From NCBI RefSeq assembly GCF_009914755.1, contig NC_060935.1: a stretch of DNA of 64,000 nt. One strand, 5' to 3'. Shown piece after piece: positions 1 through 16,500 of the stretch; position 1 is the stretch's first letter, and every line of letters begins with the position of its first letter. The notes under the pieces were generated by a model, which had not been told where the DNA came from, made no database searches, and worked only from the letters and a program-made list of their open reading frames with translations. Made by a program: the position numbers and the translations under genes. This stretch comes from the human T2T-CHM13v2.0 reference genome, Homo sapiens.

Positions 1-1039
1 AGCACCCCTGAAAGGTGGAGACACTGAAGCCAAGGAGGTCAAAGAGCAGCCTCAGTCCCTAGTGTCTCTGCCGTGAGGGCAACCGGACCCAGATGTGGCT
101 GCAGTTCTGAGCCCATCAGCATCCCCCTCACTGTGCATGCTCTGAAGGCAGGCGTGGGCACTTGCAGGGCACGTGGCACCTCAGAGAGAGCCCATCCCGA
201 CAACTCACTTGCACTTAGTGTCCTTGGATACTGATTCTGTGAGGACCGTCCTCTCTCCTGGAGACCGACCACAGAAGAGAATGCTAACATATTGAGTGCC
301 CTACAGACCAACTTGTCTAATCCTTATCATCACCGTGGCCAGCATCACCTCCAGGGTGTAAGTGAAGGCATCAAGGTGGCTTTCCGAGGTCCAGGCGGCC
401 GCAGTGTGTGGAGATGGGCCTACCTGGTGCTACCCTTCTGGTTTCCTTCCCTCCGTGTCTGGACCTGTGGGAAGTGTCTCTCCCTTGGATAGCAGGAGAG
501 GTGGAAAAGACCCCAGGGATGTCTGTCCTGTTCTCTTCTCAGTGCGCCCGCATAATTGGTCTGCACTTTCCCTGCCAGGCCTCAAATGGGAGAATCAGAT
601 CAACAACCGAGAATCCTCTAGCTCGGGCGAGACCCCGTGGCTGCAGCCGTACACACTAGCCGTTCACAAGGCCATCACACTCTAGGTCTTGGTTCAGAGG
701 CTACTTCTTTCAAAGGGGATGCATTCATAAGGGCCCCTTATCTGTGCCCTCCCTGGCTGTGCTCCTTCCCCTTTTCCTTCCTCTAACAGCCACTGTGAAA
801 GCCCAACCACAGGCTCTGGAGCAGATCCACACGGGACTCAAGAAGGAAGCTTGTCTTTCTCTTGCTGGTGCAGTTTTCACCTAGCACCTTTCCCAGAACT
901 CCCCACCCCAACTCCACACAGAGGGGCACCGAGTCTCATGACCAGCAGCATGAATGCACACAAGGCTGGAGGGAAGGCCGGGGGATCTATTTCCAGTGTT
1001 GTCACTGAGCCGGTTTTAAAAATGAGGGGGAGATGAAGA

Positions 1040-1800
1040 GGCTTGTTCTCACTGTGGCCGCAATAACGCTGCATAACACACCATTCTCAAGCTCAGAGGC
1101 ATGCAGCAATCAGAATTTATGTCCTGTGTGGGTCTGTTTGGCTGAAGTGGCTCAGCTCCAAGGGACAGGTCTGTGGGTTGGTTGGGGTTTGGCTGATCTA
1201 GGCTGGGCTTGGTTGGGTTTGGCTCTGGGCCACGGCATGGTCCATGTGTCCCCTCTTCCTGAGACCAGCAGGCTCCCTGGGTGTGATCTTCTCACAGCAC
1301 TGGTTGAAGTGCAGGGGAGCAAGCCCAGTCCCAAACCCTCTTTCTTTTTTTTCTTTTTTGTTTTTTTTTGAGATGGAGTCTTTCTCTGTCACCCAGGCTG
1401 GAGTACAGAGGGGCAATCTTGGCTTACTGCAACCTCTGCCTCCTGAATTTAAGCAATCCATCTGCCTCAGCCTCCTGAGTAACTGGGATTACAGGCACCC
1501 ACCACCATGCCTGGCTAATTTTTGTATTTTTAGTAGAGTCAGCGTTTCCCCCCATGTTGGCCAGGCTGGTCTCGAGCTCCTGACCTCAAGTGATCCACTG
1601 GCCTCGGCCTCCCAAAGTGCTGGGATTACAGGCATGAGCCACCACACCCGGCCACAAAACCCTCTTTCCAACCTTATTTGCCCCTATCAGCAAACTCACC
1701 TGGTTCAAGATGAGTCCCATGGCCAAGCCATGCCTGTGGGGAAACTGTAAAGTCATGTGGCAAAGAGTATGGATAAGGGGCAGCCTATAGGATAGGCGCC
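1040..1800 (-). mobile_element. MaLR LTR (MLT1H/I/J-like), split by an Alu
   Basis: MLT1-type text (gcaataacgctgcataac...ggctgatctaggctgggcttgg...catggccaagcc...aaagtcatgtggcaaagagtatggata) on both sides of the Alu. Confidence 0.65.
1341..1653 (-). mobile_element. Alu (AluS)
   Basis: Full dimer, poly-T, TSD aaaccctctttc. Confidence 0.97.
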
Positions 1801-1831
1801 ATGTTGCCATCTGGGGCTTTCCAATGGCTTC

Positions 1832-1867
1832 GAGCTGAACTCTGCCCTGAGCTGAACTCTGCCCTGA
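1832..1867. repeat. Perfect 17-bp tandem duplication (GAGCTGAACTCTGCCCT)x2
   Basis: Read directly. Confidence 0.95.
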
Positions 1868-1914
1868 TTGAAGTGTGCTTGTTGGTGGAGAGAGGATTGG
1901 GTCTATGGATGCTG

Positions 1915-2090
1915 GAAATGGTGGATTTGGGTTCAAGGCCTGGTCTGGTCACTTCCAAGCTGTGGGAGCCTGGGCGAAGCTTGTCTGAGCCACAGTTTCC
2001 CTGTGTGTAAAACGAGGGGCAATGAGTCTGTACCTAAGCTCATGCTGAGAATTGAGCGAGATGGACAGCCCGAAGCAGAGTGCCTGCCCC
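1915..2090 (+). mobile_element. MIR SINE
   Basis: MIR core: gggttcaag...tctgagccacagtttccctgtgtgtaaaa. Confidence 0.75.
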
Positions 2091-2250
2091 AAGGGATTCC
2101 TGCAAATCATGGGTGCCACAGTGTCCCTAAGGAAAGTGTGTTTTTGTTGGTGAAGTTCTCAGGACATTAGTACCCAGGCAGAGTCGGGGCATCTGGCCTC
2201 AAAGTACAAGAGAAGCAAGGAGAAATCACACAGGTAAAGCAGGGCTTACT

Positions 2251-2550
2251 GGCTGGGCACGGTGGCTCACACCTGTAGTCTCAGCACTTTGGGAGGCCGA
2301 GGTGGGCAGATCACAAGGTTAAGAGATCGAGACCATCCTGGCCAACATGGTGAAACCCTGTCTCTACTAAAAATACAAAAATTAGCTGGGTGTGGTGGCC
2401 AGCGCCTGTAATCCTAGCTACTCAGGAGGCTGAGGGAGGAGAATCGCTTCAATCCGGTAAGTGGAGGTTGCAGTGAGCCGAGATCACACTACTGCACTTC
2501 AGCCTGGGCGATAGAGTGAGATTCCGTCTCAAAAAACAAAAAACAAAAGA
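2251..2550 (+). mobile_element. Alu (AluSc-like)
   Basis: Full dimer, aagagatcgagaccatcctggccaac diagnostic, A-tail. Confidence 0.97.
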
Positions 2551-3144
2551 AGGGTTACCTTGTGGAAGTTTCAGAACCAAGGGGCCTTTTGAGACCCCTA
2601 GTGAGAGACGTCCCAGCTGCTCCAAAACGGATGAGGACAGTCAAATGCCCCATTTCTCCACACCCACCCAGCCCCCTCAGCCCCGGTCTGGCCAAGGCAC
2701 CTCCTATACAGCCTTGTCAGCATCACACCAGGCTGCCGAAGGAAAGCCTGCTGTGACGCCAGCACTTCCATGGTGTCTAACGCTGGGGTCTCAGGTGTGA
2801 CTTGGAGGTGGCTGGGATAGCTGACAGGTTCACCCATATCTGTGATCCAGCGTTTCTTTGTCTTTATGGGAAGGCCCCAGTCCCCTTTTGAATCTGATGA
2901 AAGCAATTGAACTTTCATCCTCTCACAAAACATCTTTTGGGTATAACTTCAAGCAGCTCGTGTACTCCCTGAAGCCCATTTTCCGGGTGACATGAAGACC
3001 TCCCATCTAGGAATGAGTCAGGGGGTCCAGGAGGGCCCTTGCCAGCCAAGGCTGGGAATTTGAGCGTGACAATGACTAGTGTCAGTAATGAAGATAAATC
3101 AATGATCAAAGCATGATCAGTGAGTCCACCCTGACCAAGAATGA

Positions 3145-3741
<597 letters not shown>

Positions 3742-3757
3742 TAGAAAACACGACCTT

Positions 3758-4062
<305 letters not shown>

Positions 4063-4256
4063 TTAACGAAGTGATCAAAGGTCACGTCACCAACACTGGG
4101 GTGAGCTGACATCAAGTGCCTGCCAGGACTCAAGGAGGGCACAGCATCTATTCTGTGTGTCCTGTCCCCAAAGACACAGTACCTAAATCAAATAAAGGAA
4201 ACATCAACCAGACACAAATCCAGGAACAAGTGCAAATACCTCACTTGTCCTGTTCA

Positions 4257-4787
<531 letters not shown>

Positions 4788-5149
4788 TTATGGTGGCTGG
4801 ATAAGAATTGAGGCCCTTCCCTTTGTCTCTTGTCCTCTCAGTGGCCACCTTGCTGGCAGAACAGGATCTGGGATCGACATCGGGCTTGACAGAGCCCTGT
4901 TCCTTATTCTCCCAGCCAGATGCCTCATGGTGACCCCAGAGTACATGGGGCTCCTCCTGCCACTCTCCTGAGAATACCTTGTTCTCTCTTTTCACCACCC
5001 CTGCCAATGCCACCCATGCCCCAACCCCTTCTCCATCACTGAGGAATCTTGGCTTTCTCATGCATCCTGATGCCTGGCACAAAGTGTTCCTGACAAGGTG
5101 ACAAAGGACACAACCCACAGTCCACCTTCCTGTGCTCACTGGTGTGGGA

Positions 5150-6260
5150 GGACATTGTCCAGCTGTGCGGATTCTTTACACCAAGAACCGATATGAATGA
5201 AGACATTTGGGGTCCTGCCTATTTCCTCATGAGACCCCATCACGGACACACCCAGACAATGTAGGTGCCCACAGGGGGGCATCTAAAGCTGTCGACTTGC
5301 TCCTCTTAAACCTGACGAAGACGCCACCAGACCTTCCCATCTGCCTCACAGCACAGGGGACGGCTGTGAGTTCCCTTTACGCAGCTGAGATCTCAGGTTT
5401 CAAACCATGTGCTGGCTCCTAATTTGATGCAGGTAAATGCGTTTCAAACCCTTAGTGAGTCGGCCCCTGCGGTGTGTGCAGCCTCGATGAGACCAGATGA
5501 GGGAAGCTTGGATCTGGCCGGGCAGATGTCTTCCGAGACTATCCTTCTGCACAGACCGACAGCTGGGCTGCTATTGCGTTATCAGTTGGGCTCATCACAC
5601 ATGACCGATGAAGCCGGGGAGACATCATGTCAGTCACCATGTCCTGCAACGCTTCAATCTTCGTAGTTTGATGATTTCATTTCAGATCTCTGCATCTTCG
5701 CAGGAATCAGCTGGTGAACTCATATGTCTAAATACCTCTTCCCTGTTATCTTTCACTTTAATATCTAAGACCTCCCCAAATTGCCTTTATTTATGGATAA
5801 AACAGACCATTTCTCCCTCCTAACAGTAAACAGTGTTCGCTAAGAAATGAAATATTTTCAACGATGAATTTCAGCGATTTTCCATTTTCCTGGACCTAAT
5901 TGAATGAGTAGATGCTTTATCAGCAATGGCTCATGACAAAATGGATGCGTGCTCCAAAATTGCAGCCATGCCAAATGCATTTTGCTTCTTTAATGTTTTC
6001 TGATCATTTCCAGAGCGGCTTTTGTCACGGGAAGCTCCATGGGTCATGAGTGACTCTTCTCTATAACTGAATTCTTGTCCCTCCCCAGGTTGGGGAGCAG
6101 CCTTGACAGGCTGCGATGTCCATTCTTTATGAAGTCGTATCCCAGCATTGGAAATTGGAAAGCAGAAGTCTTTAGGACACCACGGCTGGCTTGAACCTTT
6201 GGCCTTTTGAGGGTGTCCGTTGGCGTCCATCACCTACCACTTATGTTCTCACATTTCAAA
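5150..6260 (+). mobile_element. Decayed hAT (Tip100/Zaphod/Arthur-like) transposase coding relic
   Basis: Frameshifted remnants resembling hAT motifs: FPSASQHR (FFSAS.HRW), CW-S.FDA-VNA..LSE..PAV (RW..R.DAV), and a C-terminal dimerisation-like segment; many stops. Confidence 0.5.
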
Positions 6261-6385
6261 CCATGTGCTGGATTCTAACCCCACACGGTATCATTCTCTG
6301 AATCCGTGTTAACCCCAGCTGCACACGGATTAATTATGGATGATAAAGAGACTCTGGGCTAATGCTACAAAGAGCTCCAGGCTGA

Positions 6386-7100
<715 letters not shown>

Positions 7101-7973
7101 ACCACCACAGAACTAAGAGGACCTTGACCTGTGTTTTATAACTTATGGGGCTGGTATAAAGGGCTTCTGACGGTTTTATCCTGCTTCCAACAATTTGGTG
7201 GGGGTAGAAGAGGTTTCCTCTGGGAAGTGGTTGGGAGTGGGGTACAAGTGCTGCTTCTGCCCCCAGCTCCTCTGAGCTGGCCAGAGGAATCCTTCAGCCT
7301 GAAGCTCCAGCTTCATGGCCCCCCACTGCAAGGGCCCAGGAATTCGCTCTCATGGTTGTGCGTATGTCTTTATATTTACCAATGTAAGATGTTTTATTGA
7401 CAATAGGGAAAGTGTCTGTCTCTCCTTTCTAATTTCCCTCTATTGGGGGAGGGGAGGATCTGGAGGTTCCGGGTGCTGGCAGGGTCTAGGCAAGGGAAGT
7501 GGGTTTGCTGGTCATGTTTGTGGAGTTCTGGTGACTTCTGTAGAGAGCTGAGCTGCCGCTGGCCCCAGGCTGGCTTCTAGAGACACACCTGCACCCACTG
7601 GGAGGTCACCCTAGCGTGGCCACAGAGCAGTGCTGGAGGGGAAAGCGTCTCACGGCCCAGGCCCTGGGTGTGTGTGGGCAGGGCAAGTGAAGTCTGAAAT
7701 GAGTGGAGCTGAAGTTAGGCGGGAGAACATTCGACCTATCACCTGATGTGCGAGGTTGTGAGTGGGTGATTCAGTTCCCACAGAAGCTCTGGTCAGAAAG
7801 AAAGGTCTTTGCTTTCAGAAATATACTCCACATTGCAGAGGATTTGATCGCAAACACACCACACTACCCTCTGTGCACTTTCCTCTTTCAATGAGAATCA
7901 TGGCAAAATAAAACTTAGCAGAGTTCCTGGGTTTGCAGAGCACCTGCATAAAAGCACATCTCTCTCTGAATAA

Positions 7974-8492
<519 letters not shown>

Positions 8493-8590
8493 TAACTATG
8501 TAGCTCAATCCAGTGTAGTAACAGATGAAAAAATGCATCTGAATGCATCTGTTGCATATTCTTTTGTTTCACATCACTTCTGTGTATAAA

Positions 8591-8642
<52 letters not shown>
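8591..8642. repeat. (TG)n(TA)n microsatellite in Alu tail
   Basis: Read directly. Confidence 0.95.
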
Positions 8643-8932
<290 letters not shown>

Positions 8933-9409
8933 AATTCTGTATATATATGTATATATATTTTTTCAGAATGATTGACTATTCCAGAATTAAATGTGATGAG
9001 AAGTATCCTTGTAGAAGCCAAAAGAATAAGCTGAAAGGCGTAAGGCTTTAAAATATCAAAATCCCTCTTCATATATCACGATAGAAACAAAAACTCTGAT
9101 AGTCAGAATCATGAACGAAACTGTTTTAATCCACCAATAATAATGAATTTCAATTACCCATGTTTTGGAGTAAAATCGAATTATCTTTCTATTCTCTTTA
9201 CAGGAAAAAATTATAATTATAAAAGTATTGTCATGTTAGGAGGTGGTAAAACAGTATGTAACCCAAAACAGAGAAAAATGGTATTATAGAAATGGGTCAG
9301 GTAGTTAAGAAATAAAAACATCAGCACTTTCCTGTGTTTTGTGGTGTTTGCAATATTTGTGAGCTTTGTAACATTCGACTTGTGATTTTTTTCCTTCTCA
9401 TTCTAGTAA

Positions 9410-9826
<417 letters not shown>

Positions 9827-10159
9827 TAAGCTCCAGGCTCCTTGGCGCCTGGCTTCACCCCACCCTCTCAGCATCCCCTGCCCAGGGAATCCACTTTACT
9901 GGAGTTGGGGGTAGATTCCAACCAGGACGCTTTGCCTCCCTCCCATAGGGTGGGGTGGACCCTGTCCTCCTAACCTTCGTGACCATGCAGAACAGCTGCC
10001 CCCATCCTTCAAGGACTGGCACCCACTTTTCACATGCCTCCCCTCATTTAATCCCCTTAATTTCACATCGCTTCTGTATATTTTCAGAATTATTGGTTAA
10101 GCCAAAATTGGATTATTGATCATTCCAATATTTCAGAATAATGAACACCACCCAGGTTG

Positions 10160-10545
10160 CCATAGAGAGATTTGAGGCAGGAGAGGTGAACACACCCCAG
10201 CTTCCCAGCCAGTAAGTGGTCGTGCTGGGATGTGAACCCAGGGCTATGGCTCCCCTGCTGGCAGCCCTAGTGCCATTGTATTCTCCACTGCTGGTCACCA
10301 GCGATCACAGCAGCCTTGTCAATAGGAACAGAAACCTTTTATGTGCACCCTCCCCTGTGCCCTGTGCCTTGCGTTGGACCACATTTCAGTCTCACAGCAG
10401 TGTTTGAAGATGGCTACACTGATTATCCTGTGTTACAGATAAGCAAATTGAGGCTAAGAGTGGCTAAGCAATACATTCACGATGGCACAGCTGATATGTA
10501 GTGAGAGTTCAGTTTTGAACTCAGGTCTGAGAGCCCCATTTTCAT
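10160..10545 (-). mobile_element. Two MIR fragments
   Basis: ttacagataagcaaattgaggctaagag; gggatgtgaacccagg. Confidence 0.7.
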
Positions 10546-11294
10546 GACCCTGGCATCCCCAGGGAAGTCATCCCTGCCACCCCTGGATTGGTGCTATCAG
10601 CCTTCCTGCGCAGAATGTTCCAGAATGTCATCCCCTGCCCGGGAAAACTGGCCCTTTGAGTGGCTGACCAGCCCCCACTCCCAACCACTCTCCTTGGCTC
10701 TATTTGTAAAGTGAATTACTGCATTATGGGAGGAACAAGAAGGTTCTTTATCTCCACTTGGGCAAATCCATTAGGATTAGAGGCCCCTCTGAAGCCCCTC
10801 TGAGGGGGTGACGTAAGCCTGTCTTTGGTGATTTGCAGAGTGACAGCATGATAAGGAGTCCGGGCCCGTTTTAGTGGTGACAGGACATCCTCCCCCTGCA
10901 GCACCCAAGAATTAGCGGGCCTATCTCTCCATTTATCAAAGCCCTTTGGGGGATGAGGCAATCGGGCGGAGGAGTATTGCAGCCTCTCTGTCTCGGAGTC
11001 TGTGGAGCTGTCGCTTCCCGCCAGCTTGCCCAGGTCATACAGCTGCCCAGGATCTGCGGGGTCTTCGTGACTTCCCACAGTGAGAACCAACAGAAGGGTC
11101 TCCAACTGCCAGGCTTCGTGGCCCAGGTCCCTCCAGTGTCTGACCTGCATGGCCTGCCACCCTCTAGACAATGCCCAGACTTTTGCCCTGAAATACCATG
11201 AGGATGGGGATGCCATTATCTAGCAAGGGGACCGCCATGTCTGGGGAAAAATTCAAGGGTTCTGCCTGGCTCAGGCTCAGTCTGAGGTGCTAGG

Positions 11295-11834
11295 GAAGAT
11301 GGCAGGTCCCAAAGATGATGCCCCCTGTATATCTCCCATTCCACCTGCTCTTCTTACAAAGTAAGGTCGACACTCTCCCTTTGAGAGGAAGAGTGACCCT
11401 GTCCCTGAGCTTGTGCAGACCTGTACGCTGACAGAGTATATGGCAGGAGTGACGCCCTGTGGCTCCTGAGTTGAGGGCTGAAAAGGCAATATGGCTTTCA
11501 TTTGACTCTCTCTTTCTTGGAATTCATCCTCCATGTTGTGAGGAAGCCCAAGCCACATGGAGAGGCCATGTGTGGTTCTGGCCAGCAGCCCTTGCCAGGC
11601 CCGCAGCTGACATCAGCCTCAACTGGCAGACATGAAGGTGAATGAGCCTTCAGGTGGTTCTGTCTCTAGCCTCTGAGCCACCCCAGCTGAGGCCCCAGAT
11701 GTCACTGGGTGGAGAGAAACCATCCCCGCTGTGCCTGCTTGACCGGCAGAAGCCATGAGAGATAACAAATGATGATTGTTGTTTTGAGTGACTCCATCTT
11801 GGGGCAGTGTTATTCAAACAGAATAACCAGAACA
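11295..11834 (+). mobile_element. MaLR LTR (MLT1G/H-like)
   Basis: ccatgttgtgaggaagcccaagccacatggagaggcc...ttgttgttttgag...aataaccagaaca. Confidence 0.8.
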
Positions 11835-12200
11835 CATGCTGCTAATAAAGACGTATCTGAGACTGAGTGATTTATGAAGGAAAGAGGTTTAATTGGCTCA
11901 CAGTCCCACATGGCTGGGGAGGCCTCACAATCATGGCTGAAGGTGAACAAGGAGCAAAATCACGTCTTACATGGCAGTAGGCAAGACAGCATGTGTAGGG
12001 GAACTCCCCTTTATAAAACCATCAGATCTCAGGAGACTTATTCACAGTCACGAGAACAGCATGGGAAAGACCCACCCGTATGATTCAATTACCTCCCACC
12101 AGATCCCTCCCATGATAAGTGGGAATTATGGAAGCTACAGGAATTATGGGAATTACAATTCAAGATGAGATTTGGGTGGACATACAGTCAAACCATATCA
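11835..12200 (-). mobile_element. THE1 (THE1B-like) solo LTR
   Basis: catgctgctaataaagac...gatttgggtgg...aaaccatatca. Confidence 0.92.
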
Positions 12201-12207
12201 CCGTTTG

Positions 12208-12702
12208 TGTGTGGAAGGCAGAATAGTGGCCCCCAAAAATGTCTTCATCCTAATCCCTGAAATTTGTGAACATGTTAGGTTACAGGACAAAGGGGAATTA
12301 AAGTCACAGATGGAATTAAGGCTAATAATCAGCAGGCCTCAAGATAGGGAGACCATCCTGAATCATCCAGCTTGGCCCAGTGTCATCACAGGGTCCTTAA
12401 AAGTGGAAGAGAGGGAGTAAGAGGAGAATCAGAGGGAGTTGTGATGGTGGAGGCAAGGCACAGAAAGATGCAGTGTTGCTGGCTTGGAACATGGAGAAGG
12501 GGCACGAGCCAGGAAATGCTGGTGGCCTCCAGAAGCTGGAAAAGGCAAGGAAATGATTTGCACCCGCAGGCTCCAGAAGGAACCTGGATTCAAGCCCTGT
12601 GAGACCTGTCCTGACCTCTGGGACTGTAGAGTGATAAGTGTCTGTTACTTTACGCTACCAAGTTTGTGGTGTTTTGTTGTAGCAGCAATAACAACTGACA
12701 CA
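12208..12702 (+). mobile_element. MaLR LTR (MLT1D-like)
   Basis: ggcagaatagtggcccccaaa...gatggaattaagg...agaagctggaaaaggcaagg...agcagcaata. Confidence 0.88.
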
Positions 12703-12835
12703 GCCTCTATGTGCTCTTGGGAATGAGAGAAGGAGATAATATCAAAGAAAAAGAGGGCCTAGCTGCAGGAGAAAGGTCTTGCATAGGTGAGAGGGAATGG
12801 GGGCCAGGACCCCAGTCATAGCCATTTAATAGTAA

Positions 12836-13386
12836 TGCCATCAGCATCATTGTTATCAGCATCATCACCACCATTGTCATCATCATTGTCACCATCATTA
12901 CCACCATCATCATCATCACCATCATCATCATAATCACCATCATCATCATTGTCATCATAATCACCATTATCATCATTGTCAACATCATCATCACCCACCA
13001 CCACCATCATCATCATAATCATCACCATCATCATTGTCATCATCATCATCACCATTGTCATCATTTGTCATCATCATCACCACCACCATCATCGTCATCA
13101 TCATAATCATCATCATCATCATTGTCGTCATAATCACCATTATCATCATTGTCATCATCACCATTATCATCGTCATCATCATCATCACCACCACCACCAC
13201 CACCACCATCACCACCATCATCATCATTGTCATCATAATCACCATTATCATTATCATCATTACCACCACCACCACTACCATCATCATCATTATCATCATC
13301 ATCACCACCACCATCATCGTCATCACTGTCATTATTATCATTGTCATTGTCACCATTGTTGTCATCTTCATTGTCATCATCATTAT
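12836..13386. repeat. Degenerate (CAT/CAC)n trinucleotide array, about 550 bp
   Basis: Read directly. Confidence 0.97.
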
Positions 13387-13639
13387 GAAGACTGTTCAGC
13401 AAAGACCCCAGGAGGTAGGGCCCCATCAGGAGACAGCATTTTCCCTGCAGGGATAGGTGGCCTCTAGCACTTAGTTCAACTCTTTCCTTTTCTGGGGATG
13501 GGGGTGCAGGAGGGAAAACCTAGGATCCCATCCAAACCCTCCACATTTTATCTCTTGCTTCATTTGCCTCTTTCTCTCCTGCCTTATTTGAGAGCTGATG
13601 TCCCTCCGACCTCTTTTGGAACACTGTTGACAGACAGCA

Positions 13640-13830
13640 CAGGGCTGTAGGAACCCACTGGCCCTGGAGCCGACTGCCTGTGCTTGAATCCTGTCTCTAG
13701 CACCAATATTTGGGTAACCTTGGGTTATTTAACCTCTCTGTCCCTCAGTGTTCCCACCTCTAGAAGGAGATGAATGCTTCTGCCTCATAGGGGAGTTGTG
13801 ACTTATACCTGGAATGAACTTTGGCCTATA
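13640..13830 (+). mobile_element. MIR SINE
   Basis: gtaaccttgggttatttaacctctctgtccctcagtgttccc. Confidence 0.75.
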
Positions 13831-14419
13831 ATGGGTGTGTGACAAGTCTCCTCAGCATTGGACAGCTTCACTGCTCTGCGCCCAAGACTGCCCTCGTCAG
13901 TGCTGGATGAATGAGGCCAGGAGGCGGGGGAAAGAATGGAGGCAGGTGCCCAAGCTTGGGTTTGGGGCAACATCGAGCTAAAGAGCCAGAAGGCAGGGCT
14001 GCATGATCCCAAACTCTACCAGAGGCTTCCTCTCCCTGACTCCAAAGTCCTTTAGCCCTGGGCAGGTAGAAAGAAGGCGGGGGCCGGAGATGGAGATTCC
14101 CGGTGGACAGTAATGGTGCCTGGCCGCTACCATGGCTGAAGTTTGCCCCTCTGGCCTTGCCTGGGGACTGGCAGTCTCAAGACAGTGGAGAGAGGCTAAA
14201 CTCCATCCTGCCCCTGGTAGAACCTGACACTGGACATCAGAGGCATCTTGGAAGGTGGTGTCTTCCCGGCCTGTTCCAGGGCAGGCATGTGAGACAACTT
14301 TGCCCAAGAATGCAAGCACCTTCCTGGGTCCCTACCATGAGGGCTCATGTTGTTTACCATAGTAGTTTGCAGACATAAACAAAATAATAATAAAATTGAT
14401 GTATTAAAGAAACTTTTCA

Positions 14420-14771
<352 letters not shown>

Positions 14772-15693
14772 TGGTCCTCCCAGTGGACACAGCCCTGGCT
14801 GGAAGGTGGGTTCTTGGCTGAGTTTCAACCCCGTTCAACCACGTGATGTTGGGAAGATGGTGAGATCTTTCTGAATCTCAGTGTCTCCATCTGCAGAGAC
14901 AGAGGCGCAAAATGGCACCACTACACAGCACTGCTCCCTGGGCCGTCAGGGGCAGGGTTCCTGGGTGGCGCCAGCCATGTGGGCTCATGTCCCCTGGCAA
15001 TCTTGTGACGTCGTCTCCCATTTCCACCTGGACATTGCCCATCGGTCCCTCCATGGGTGGAAGCTTCCCTGTGATGCTGGGGGTGCAGAGCGCTCCTCCA
15101 TGGTTCTGCCTGTGCCTGTGGGTGATGCCCTTGCTCGGCTGGGCTGGAAGTGGCCACTTGGCCGTACAAAGCACTCTCCATCTGTGATAGGATGACTTCA
15201 CAGCCGCAGCTGGGTCTCCTGGGCCTCTCGGACCCTTCCTCAGAAGGCTCTCAGGGCTCTGCAGCTGGGCAGAGCCTGCATGATTCGTGGCACTGTCCCT
15301 TTCTCCCTTGATTTCTCTGCACCTCAGTCTTCCCATCTGTAAAGTGGGGATGCTGACAGCCCATGCGGTAGGGTGTTAGGAAAAGCAGGCAGAGAATGCC
15401 CGGGGAAGACCTGGCTGGCGGTTGACCTGCAGTGAGTAGTGGTGAGGGGCAGTGTTGCCACTTGAGGAATAGCGCTGAGAGAGACCAGGCAGAGGTGAGG
15501 TTTTGAGACCAGGGAGATGTTCAGGGTGACTGGGGTGGTGGGTAGTGAGAAGGGGAGACTACAGCGTTGTTAGGGGCTTGGAAGTCTGAGCTAAAGAGCT
15601 TAGACTTCATGTTGTAGCATGGAAGAGCTGGTTGTAGGGCTGAAGAGACAGAAACAGAGAAGGCAAGCAACGTAGCCAATGTCACATGGCCCA

Positions 15694-16017
<324 letters not shown>

Positions 16018-16139
16018 TGAGGATGGGCATCCTGTTTCTCTACCTCTCAACAGTGTCTGAGCCTTGGGTGCAGCCTTGCAGGTGAAACCCTGGGCTGAGA
16101 GTAGAGGCTGTAGCGCCCTTGACCTTGAGTGCAGGTGAC

Positions 16140-16500
16140 ATTTCCAAGCTGTCTTTAATTTGCCTTGAAATCAGGCACAAATCCTTTGCAAAACAGGAAA
16201 CTCTCTCTTTGGGACTGACATGAAATAGTATTGCTATTGAATTAAAGAGTTAGAGCTGTCTCAAAGGAGTGGCATATTGAAATAGCCGGTGGGGTCAGCC
16301 CAGCCTGGCTAAGCCTTTGATAGCACAGCTGATAATAGACCCCGGCCTATAAATACCGGGAATCAATCACGGGCTGGAGCTGCTGACAGCCTGCATGTTC
16401 ACATATCATGGCAGATGGGCGGGAGGCAGGGGCGGCGATTTGTCTTGCCTTTCAGATGGATTTCCTGTTTTCTAGGGAGTGGGAAAGGACCCATCTGGTA
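16140..16500. promoter_or_regulatory. Candidate enhancer/promoter (TCF, E-box, GATA, TATA/MEF2-like)
   Basis: Non-repetitive; CCTTTGAT, CAGCTG-ATAA, TATAAATA at 16348-16355, TGACAG clustered within about 80 bp. Confidence 0.4.

Noticed and set aside
5150-6260. Possible processed pseudogene or domesticated ZBED/ZMYM-like gene
   Set aside because: No poly-A tail or intact frame; better explained as a decayed hAT transposase beside other hAT pieces
10800-10860. TGACGTAA and TGATAA motifs
   Set aside because: Isolated short motifs expected by chance, with no further support
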